Below are positions 30,040 through 37,293 of a DNA stretch of 64,000 bases, piece by piece (the first letter of the stretch is position 1; the number at the start of each line of letters is the position of its first letter). Position numbers and translations under genes: made by a program. Source of the DNA: an uncultured Gemmatimonadaceae bacterium (GTDB taxonomy: Bacteria; Gemmatimonadota; Gemmatimonadetes; Gemmatimonadales; Gemmatimonadaceae). The notes below the pieces were generated by a model. It had not been told where the DNA came from. It did not search any database and saw only the letters and a program-made list of their open reading frames with translations. The stretch lies in NCBI GenBank assembly GCA_963781585.1, contig CAWAGQ010000008.1:288001-352000 (forward strand), given 5' to 3'.

Positions 30040-30120
30040 CCACACCCTTCCGCTGGCTCCTGCCGTCGGTTAGCGCTATGTTCGTCGCAATTCTCCGCCG
30101 CCATTCATGCTTTCAGCGCT

Positions 30121-30945
30121 GTGACGCACATTATAGCGATCGCGAACCAAAAGGGGGGTGTTGGTAAGACCACTACCGCGGTCAACCTTGCCGCTTCCCT
30201 TGCCGCAGCCAACCATACGGTGCTCTTGGTGGACGGGGATCCTCAGGCGAACGCATCCAGCGCGGTGGGGCTGAGGAGCGGGAGTTTGCATGGCACACTC
30301 TACGACGTACTCATTGGCCGGAGGGCAGTTGAGGAGACAATCTCTCGCGAAGTACAGTTCCAAGGCTTGGACGTTCTCCCATCGACGCCAGATTTGGCAG
30401 GGGCGGAAGTTGAACTCGTCAGCGTACCAAGACGTGAGTTCGCGATGTCAGACGTCATTCGCTCCCTAAACCGCTCTTACGACTTCATCCTGATCGACTG
30501 CCCGCCATCGCTTGGGCTTCTGACAGTCAACATGCTGGCCGCAGCGGACGGAGTGCTTATCCCCCTTCAGTGCGAGTACTTCGCCCTTGAGGGCCTCACG
30601 CAGCTTCTTGAGACGATCCGTCTTGTCCAGGGAGCAGTAAACTCCGGCCTCGTGATCTACGGAGTTCTTCTAACCATGTATGACGCCAGGTTGAACCTCT
30701 CGAGGCAGGTCGCCACCGACGCGCGTCAATACTTCGGGCAGCTGGTCTTTCGGACTGTCATTCAGAGAAACATCCGTTTAGCAGAAGCTCCCAGTTTTGG
30801 ACAGTCAATCCTGCGATATGACATCGGCTCTGTTGGAGCTCAGGCGTATCTCCAATTGGCAGTGGAACTTGTTTCACGGCTGACAACGGATGTTCCCTTA
30901 GAGATTTCCTCCGCAACGGCACCATTTCCGACCGGTGATCAATGA
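30121..30945 (+). CDS. parA: Chromosome partitioning ATPase ParA/Soj
   Basis: NQKGGVGKTT, DPQAN, DCPPSLG, EAPSFG. Confidence 0.97.
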   Translation: MTHIIAIANQKGGVGKTTTAVNLAASLAAANHTVLLVDGDPQANASSAVGLRSGSLHGTLYDVLIGRRAVEETISREVQFQGLDVLPSTPDLAGAEVELVSVPRREFAMSDVIRSLNRSYDFILIDCPPSLGLLTVNMLAAADGVLIPLQCEYFALEGLTQLLETIRLVQGAVNSGLVIYGVLLTMYDARLNLSRQVATDARQYFGQLVFRTVIQRNIRLAEAPSFGQSILRYDIGSVGAQAYLQLAVELVSRLTTDVPLEISSATAPFPTGDQ

Positions 30946-31847
30946 CAGATCCAGTACCACAGGACAAGGCTCAACGGCTGGGGCGGGGACTTGGGGCGCT
31001 CATTGCGCCAGTCAAAGCTCCCGTTGGCGCCGCACAAGGGGAACGGTTGCGGGACATTCAACTGACGTCGATCGTCCCGAATCCGCATCAGCCGCGACGG
31101 CAATTCCGGACCGATGATCTCACGGAACTTGAGAACAGCCTGCGTACCAACGGACTGCTCCAACCAATCACAGTTAGGGTTACAGGCGGTGCCTACGAGC
31201 TCATTGCCGGCGAGCGCCGTGTTCGTGCTGCGCGTGCATTGGGCTGGACTTCCATTCCTGCCATAGTTCGCGAAAGCAGCGCCTCTCAATCGTTGAGCTT
31301 GGCACTCGTTGAGAACCTGCAGCGCCAAGACTTGAACCCTATCGAAGAGGCTGAGGGCTACAGCCGGCTCATGCACGATTTCGGCCTCACCCAGCTCGAA
31401 GTAAGCGAGGCGGTAGGAAGAGATCGCTCCACGGTGGCAAACTTGCTTCGCCTTCTCAATCTTCCCGCTGAAGTGCAGCAGTTCGTTCGAGACAGTCTCC
31501 TCACGGAGGGGCACGCACGTGCCCTGCTCGCGCTCCCAGACGCTGGCTCAGTACTCGCCGTTGCCCGCCAAGCAATCAAACGAAAGTTGACCGTTCGCGA
31601 TGTTGAGCGTCTTGCACAAGAAGGAAGAGCGAAGCCGCGCAAGCAGCAGGATCAATCAAGCGATCTGGAGACTGGCGCTCCAGAAGTACGTCGTATGCGC
31701 GATCGGCTACGGCGCTATTTGCAGACCGACGTCGAGATCGTCGCGAAAGACAACACGCAGGGGGAACTCCGAATCCGGTTTTACTCCCCTGATGACCTGG
31801 AGCGACTCCTGGAGCTGATCACCGGCAAGATGGAGCATGGCCCATGA
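30942..31847 (+). CDS. parB: Chromosome partitioning protein ParB/Spo0J
   Basis: LGRGLGAL, NPHQPR, AGERRVRA, ENLQRQDL, HTH RSTVANLLRL. Confidence 0.97.
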   Translation: MTDPVPQDKAQRLGRGLGALIAPVKAPVGAAQGERLRDIQLTSIVPNPHQPRRQFRTDDLTELENSLRTNGLLQPITVRVTGGAYELIAGERRVRAARALGWTSIPAIVRESSASQSLSLALVENLQRQDLNPIEEAEGYSRLMHDFGLTQLEVSEAVGRDRSTVANLLRLLNLPAEVQQFVRDSLLTEGHARALLALPDAGSVLAVARQAIKRKLTVRDVERLAQEGRAKPRKQQDQSSDLETGAPEVRRMRDRLRRYLQTDVEIVAKDNTQGELRIRFYSPDDLERLLELITGKMEHGP

Positions 31848-31889
31848 CTGAGCCGCTCGATGCAGATGTGCTGAACTCACGGAGACCAC

Positions 31890-32342
31890 ATGGCGCTCTT
31901 CAACAAACCACCTAACGAGCTGATGCCACAGCGACCAGAACCGTCCCCAGTTCCCGAAGGCACCCCCTCGGTCATTGCGCCGGGAATGAAGATCGTCGGC
32001 GATGTCGAAACCAGCGGCGTCGTGAAAGTAGACGGTGCCATCGAAGGCTCCATCCGCGGCGCGCGCCAAGTGCTGCTGGGACGGAGCGGCAGTATTCAAG
32101 GCGACGTGCACGCCGAAGAGGCGATACTTGCCGGCAAGGTCGTCGGCACCGTGGCCGCTAGCGAGCGTGTCGAAGTCCAGAGCAGTTGTCGAATCGATGG
32201 CGATATCTCGACACGCAGCATTGTGGTACTTGAAGGGGGCGTCATCAACGGCAATGTCAGAATGGATGAGTCCGTCAGCAGGCAAGCTAGCATTCCCGTT
32301 GCTGTCTCCACACCGACACGCCAGATTTCCCTCAGCCAATAG
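31890..32342 (+). CDS. Bactofilin (polymer-forming cytoskeletal protein)
   Basis: SVIAPGMKIVGDV..VDGAIEG..GGVING beta-helix repeats; GGAG RBS. Confidence 0.92.
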   Translation: MALFNKPPNELMPQRPEPSPVPEGTPSVIAPGMKIVGDVETSGVVKVDGAIEGSIRGARQVLLGRSGSIQGDVHAEEAILAGKVVGTVAASERVEVQSSCRIDGDISTRSIVVLEGGVINGNVRMDESVSRQASIPVAVSTPTRQISLSQ

Positions 32343-32377
32343 TTTTCCACGAGTGGAAAACATATGTTTTCCACTCG
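32342..32377. repeat. Nested inverted repeats including a perfect 28-bp palindrome
   Basis: cgagtggaaaacatatgttttccactcg (32350-32377) overlapping gttttccac-ga-gtggaaaac (32342-32361). Confidence 0.85.
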
Positions 32378-32862
32378 TCGCCTATCTTCCGTTCATCGAG
32401 ACGGATGCGGCGTACTGTTTGGCCTTCACGCAAACACGTTACGGGGCGTTTCCCTCCCGCTTCTCGACAGCTCCCCGATGGCTGCGCGGACTGGTGAAAC
32501 CTATCCAGTCACGATGGCGCCCACCCCCACGACCCGTGTTGCGAAGGTCTTTGGGGTGAGCCGATCGCCTTACGAGTCGATGCTGCTGGCTTGTTCCGAA
32601 CGGCGAGTCTTCCGACGGACTTGGCTCCGGTGTTCGCCCTATTCAAAGGGGGGATCTCAGACACTGGTTGCCCTTCGACTGTACCGGACACTATCGAGCA
32701 CAAGCGGAATGGTGGACGATCTGATTCCCGCTCCTGCCGCGCTTCACTTACTCGTGCGCCATTGACGGGCGTTGACCCATTGGTGGACTCCGCTGCGCAC
32801 ATTCCATCCAAGTGCGTCGCATGTGACCGCGCATCCACGATCTTCCCTATGGGCAATCGGCC

Positions 32863-33639
32863 ATGACGGTATCCGTTCGCGACATCACCACGTATCTCGA
32901 CTCGCTTCTCAATACATTCTCTATTCCTGATTATCCTTTCGCGCTGAATGGGCTTCAGTGTGATCATCGTGGTCCAGTGCACCGCATCGCCGCGGCCGTG
33001 GACTTTTCTATTCGGACGGTGGAAGAGACGGCGCGTTGCGGTGCGAACCTGCTTCTTGTTCATCATGGCATGTTCTGGGGTGGCCTTGAGCCGCTGAGGG
33101 ATTCGGCCCTCGAGCGGCTTCGGCTGCTGCTTGCCCACGACGTCGCCGTTTACGCGTCTCACCTTCCCCTGGACGCGCACCACCAGCTGGGCAACAGTCT
33201 GCTGCTCGCGCATGCCCTCGGCCTCGTGCCTTCGAAGCCCTTCGCTCACTACCAGGGAGTTCCCATCGGCGTCGCCGGCCAAGCCGAGGTGATGACCGAG
33301 GAACTGGTTGGGCGCGCGGACCGGTTTGCCCACGAATGGGGGGGCAGTGCTCGCGCATCGTCGTGTGCAGCCGGCCGGCACACACGACTTTGGGGCATCT
33401 GCACCGGGGCCGGGGCGACGCCGGAGACGCTTCGGGAGGCCCGCGCGCTCGGTATGGACACACTTATCGTCGGGGAGGGTCCGCATCACACAGCGGTAGT
33501 AGCACCGGAGTGTGGTCTTGTGATCATCTATGCGGGCCACTATGCCACGGAAACCCTGGGCATTCGTGCGCTCGCCGAACGACTGTCGGCCCAATTCAAC
33601 CTGCCATCGGAGTTCATTCTCGCTCCGACCGGGCTGTGA
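32863..33639 (+). CDS. Nif3-like dinuclear metal center hexameric protein
   Basis: NGLQ, AAVD, VHHG, SHLPLDAH, GE, AGHYATE. Confidence 0.93.
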   Translation: MTVSVRDITTYLDSLLNTFSIPDYPFALNGLQCDHRGPVHRIAAAVDFSIRTVEETARCGANLLLVHHGMFWGGLEPLRDSALERLRLLLAHDVAVYASHLPLDAHHQLGNSLLLAHALGLVPSKPFAHYQGVPIGVAGQAEVMTEELVGRADRFAHEWGGSARASSCAAGRHTRLWGICTGAGATPETLREARALGMDTLIVGEGPHHTAVVAPECGLVIIYAGHYATETLGIRALAERLSAQFNLPSEFILAPTGL

Positions 33640-33770
33640 GCACTTCGCCGACATGACCGGGAACGAGAAGTGGCAACCCCGAGCGAATCGGAGCGCTGGT
33701 GCCACTGACGTCTCGACGCCGTACCATGCCGTGACTGGGAGGGCTCGCGTTAGCGATCCTTCTTCCATTC

Positions 33771-35009
33771 ATGCACGCCGCTGACGCTTTGAGGCGTCGA
33801 ACGTCGGTTGGAGACGCCGAGATTGCCAGGTCGCGTGCGCGCGCACAGTTAGGGGTTCTCTCGCTCGCGATGGTCTTGGGTATGGCGCCTTGGTTTGCAG
33901 CTACGGTCGTGGCGTCGGCGATGTCGCACGAGTTTTCTCTTTCGGAGGGCCTCCAAGCCTGGCTGACCCTCGCCGTCCAGCTGGGTTTCGTAGTGGGCTC
34001 GATCGTGAGCGCCGGATTGCTCCTGAGCGATCGGTTCAGCCCCCGTCGCTTAGCGGTGGTCTGCGCGACCCTGGCCAGCGCGGCGACTGTCCTGTTGACG
34101 TTACCCGATCTGGGCGGTTCCGCCGCGATCGTCCTTCGCATGATGACCGGAGCTGCTCTCGCTGGCGTCTATCCACCTGGAATCAAGATGGCGGCAGGAT
34201 GGACGCAGTCGCGCCGGGGCACTGCAATCGGGGTCCTCGTTGGCGCACTCACGTTAGGCACGGCCGCCCCACATCTCCTCCGCCTGGTGGCGAACCTCGA
34301 CCGCTGGCGACCAGTCCTGTACTGGGCCAGCATCAGTGCCCTCTTGAGCGCCTTCGTTTTCGCCGTTCTGGTGCGAGAGGGACCATTCCAGTCGCCCTCG
34401 GCGCCGTTTGATCCCCGTGCGCTAAGACGCGTGTTACGCGATCGTGGGGTTGCGCTTGCCACTGGCGGATACCTCGGTCACATGTGGGAGCTGTACGCCA
34501 TGTGGAGCACCCTGGGCGTTTTTCTGGCTGAGATGGTCCGTGTCCACGCCCGTCCCCCGCGATTCGCCCCACTGCTCGCGTTTGCGGTGATCGGACTCGG
34601 TGGTGCTACGGGAAGCGTTGCCGCGGGACTTTGCGCCGACCGTGTTGGCAAGTCGCGGGTCGCGATCGTCGCCATGGCGGTGAGCGGTATTTGCGCGCTC
34701 ACAGTCGGCCCTCTTGCCTTGGCTTCCTTCCGCGCGGGAGTGACGGTCGCCTTCATCTGGGGAGTAGCCATTGTGGCCGACTCGGCACAGTTCTCAGCGT
34801 GTGTCGCGGAGCTTGCGCCAAAGGAATACGTCGGAACCGCCGTGACCACGCAGACGGCGTTGGGGTTTCTGCTGACGATGTTGACGATTCACCTCGTTCC
34901 TGAATGGGCTGCCTCCTGGGGGTGGGGGTGGGCTTATGCGCCGCTCGCAATCGGGCCCGCCCTCGGCATCATGGCGATGCGGCAACTATGGGTGGATACG
35001 CGTGTCTAG
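33771..35009 (+). CDS. MFS transporter
   Basis: About 12 TM segments; VYPPG, GHMWELYAMW, ADSAQFS; start uncertain. Confidence 0.9.
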   Translation: MHAADALRRRTSVGDAEIARSRARAQLGVLSLAMVLGMAPWFAATVVASAMSHEFSLSEGLQAWLTLAVQLGFVVGSIVSAGLLLSDRFSPRRLAVVCATLASAATVLLTLPDLGGSAAIVLRMMTGAALAGVYPPGIKMAAGWTQSRRGTAIGVLVGALTLGTAAPHLLRLVANLDRWRPVLYWASISALLSAFVFAVLVREGPFQSPSAPFDPRALRRVLRDRGVALATGGYLGHMWELYAMWSTLGVFLAEMVRVHARPPRFAPLLAFAVIGLGGATGSVAAGLCADRVGKSRVAIVAMAVSGICALTVGPLALASFRAGVTVAFIWGVAIVADSAQFSACVAELAPKEYVGTAVTTQTALGFLLTMLTIHLVPEWAASWGWGWAYAPLAIGPALGIMAMRQLWVDTRV

Positions 35010-35197
35010 CCACCTGCACCACTCATGTCCGCCCCCAAAGGAACGCGGTTAGTCTTCTATTCGCGCGCCCCGGGTTCGGCACTGACGTTTGCCGCAAGCG
35101 AAACTCGCCCAGGACCGAGGACGAAGCTGTGATTCGTCTTTACTGACCGCGCGCGAACAATGCTCAGTCGAGGCTCGATCGTTCAACAAACCACGTC

Positions 35198-36154
35198 TCA
35201 ACACCCGGCATACGCACTGCGCCAGCGTCGGAGCCAATGCAAGGGTGCTTCCCGCTCAAGCAGCTCGAGTCGGAATCCATCCCCGATCTCCCGACGAAGG
35301 AGCAGCGCCATCACTCCATTGTGAAAACGCACTACGCCCAACAGCTCTAGGGACTCCAGCTTTTCCTCGTATCCCACGGAACGTTCCGCATAGCTGACCG
35401 TCAAGGCGTGCTTCGGGTCATCCGGCCTGCTCTCGAGGACGAGTACCAGCTGCTCCTGAAGCGGGTTGGCCTCCTGGTTGACGACCCGTGCGACCTCGGC
35501 GAGCACACCGGTCTCGCCGTCAGCCATCCTGAACTGATTCGCCTGTCGCACGATGTACGACCGCCCGCGAAATACGCTCGCTGTATCTACGTCCGCAATA
35601 GACGCGGCACGTGCCAAGGCGATCGTGAGATCCAACGAGTCCGCGCCGGAAAGCGCGGGCAGAGAGTCGAACGGCAGGGCGGTCGCGCGGCCGTGCGGAA
35701 AGGCGATACTCCAAGGATGTACTAATGGCTGGGTGTCGCTGCGGCGCAATTCGGCGATCGGCCACGTGGCACAACCTGCCATCGTATCTGCGTGCACGGC
35801 AACGATGCGTGCGCCCCGGACGGAATCTCCGCGCAACAGCAGATCGAGTTCGGCGTCTATGATCTCTCCCGGTTCGAAGTGCAGGGTATCGAGGTGCGCT
35901 GGGGAGGAATAGACGGGGTTGACGAGGTATGCCATTGCCGGGTTGTCGCCCGCGATAGCGAAGAAAGGACCGCCGATCGTGTCCCAGACGGCCGCCAGCG
36001 TGACGCTTGGTATGGACATCCCGCGAGAAGGCGGCGTTCCCAATGCAGCCGTGGCTTTGCTGCTGGGGGGCTTCTCTCCAGAGCACGCGGCCAGCGTCAT
36101 TCCGACGACGGTCAATCCGGCAAGAGCACGGCAGACGTGTCTGGACATCGACAT
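35198..36154 (-). CDS. Hypothetical lipoprotein
   Basis: Lipobox LAAC after a hydrophobic stretch; start 36154 or 36148. Confidence 0.72.
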   Translation of the reverse strand: MSMSRHVCRALAGLTVVGMTLAACSGEKPPSSKATAALGTPPSRGMSIPSVTLAAVWDTIGGPFFAIAGDNPAMAYLVNPVYSSPAHLDTLHFEPGEIIDAELDLLLRGDSVRGARIVAVHADTMAGCATWPIAELRRSDTQPLVHPWSIAFPHGRATALPFDSLPALSGADSLDLTIALARAASIADVDTASVFRGRSYIVRQANQFRMADGETGVLAEVARVVNQEANPLQEQLVLVLESRPDDPKHALTVSYAERSVGYEEKLESLELLGVVRFHNGVMALLLRREIGDGFRLELLEREAPLHWLRRWRSAYAGC

Positions 36155-36318
36155 TGAATTTGCCCGGTTGGCGCAGTCCGTCAATCGACGGTTGCCGGAC
36201 TCGCTAGGCACCTCTCCGACCCCCTAACACCAGTCGGGTTCGCGCGAGAGTTCGCGCGGTCGCTCCACCCAGAGACCTCGTTCGGTGCGACTCCCGGGCG
36301 GGCGCACCGGCTGGTCCC

Positions 36319-36654
36319 TTACCCGTCGTCGGGAAAGTAGGACTCGGCGCGCACCCGTTGTATCAGCACTGCATCCAGCGCCGCGCCAGCCAGGTCCCAA
36401 TGCCAAGCGGGGCGCTTGCATGCAGTTCGCGGATCTTTCAGAGGCTTGTACTGCAACCGGTCCGAAGGCAGGCCGTGCTGCATTCCGAACGCGAGGAGGC
36501 GCGCCCGGTCGGTCGACACGAGGTGCGCCATCGCCCGGCCATGCCAGACGTGACAATGCAGCCAGAGCCCGCCGTCCATTGCGTGGATCATACCGTCGCG
36601 GCGTCGCGCAAACTCGCCGATGACGGGCGTGCCATTCTCGATAGCGTCAGCCAT
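36319..36654 (-). CDS. Hypothetical protein, DUF4031-like
   Basis: AHLVSTDRARLLAFG..HWDL resembles the DUF4031 pattern. Confidence 0.6.
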   Translation of the reverse strand: MADAIENGTPVIGEFARRRDGMIHAMDGGLWLHCHVWHGRAMAHLVSTDRARLLAFGMQHGLPSDRLQYKPLKDPRTACKRPAWHWDLAGAALDAVLIQRVRAESYFPDDG

Positions 36655-36678
36655 GGCCGCGAAATATGCGCGACCGGA

Positions 36679-37062
36679 CTACTGACAGACCATTAGTCCT
36701 TCGGAAGTCGCCGGTGCCAGAGGCGCGATGCTCCCGATAAACATGGCACACTCAATTGGGTACGCGAGCGGATGCGTAACCTTGGCGGACCAGCCGGCGG
36801 CGGAAGCGAGTCCGAATGTGACCGTTACACCGCTGCTCAGGTTGAAGTTGAGAGACGAAAGGTTGCTGGTATAGGAGCTCGTCTCATAGAAGTACGCCTC
36901 CTCCGCCGTGGCAAGGTTGCGCAGGTCGGAACGCAGAGACGCCGTATAGGCCTTTCCCTTGGTGTTCTGGAACTTGGGAATGGCGATCGCCGCTAGGAGG
37001 CCAATAATGACCACGACGATCAGCAGCTCTATGAGGGTGAATCCACGGCGAGAACGAGACAT
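36679..37062 (-). CDS. Type IV pilin / prepilin-type N-terminal cleavage-methylation protein
   Basis: RRG|FTLIELLIVVVIIGLLAAIAIP; C-terminal Cys pair. Confidence 0.93.
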   Translation of the reverse strand: MSRSRRGFTLIELLIVVVIIGLLAAIAIPKFQNTKGKAYTASLRSDLRNLATAEEAYFYETSSYTSNLSSLNFNLSSGVTVTFGLASAAGWSAKVTHPLAYPIECAMFIGSIAPLAPATSEGLMVCQ

Positions 37063-37293
37063 TTGGTGATCGCGAGATCTAGAAAGGGCACGTTTCGTGA
37101 CCTACCGACGCCTGATGAAAGGCGTGAGTCACTGCGCAATGCTAGGTGGCAACGCCGGGGCCGCCACGTCGAGAAATCACCAACTCCATGTGTCATCACG
37201 ACTTCCGACGGGAACTGTCCGCTTCGTGGATCGCCTCAGGTCACTCGTTTCGCGGGTGGTGCGGCACCTTGCAAGACCGTACCGCCTCGGATG

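Noticed and set aside
29647..30073. Short ORFs upstream of parA
   Set aside because: No motifs or RBS, mutually overlapping; not an rsmG remnant by eye.
32509..33768. 419-aa minus-strand ORF
   Set aside because: Antisense to the Nif3-like gene.
37120..37160. Possible sigma54 promoter for the pilin
   Set aside because: Lacks the invariant GG at -24 and the spacing is off.
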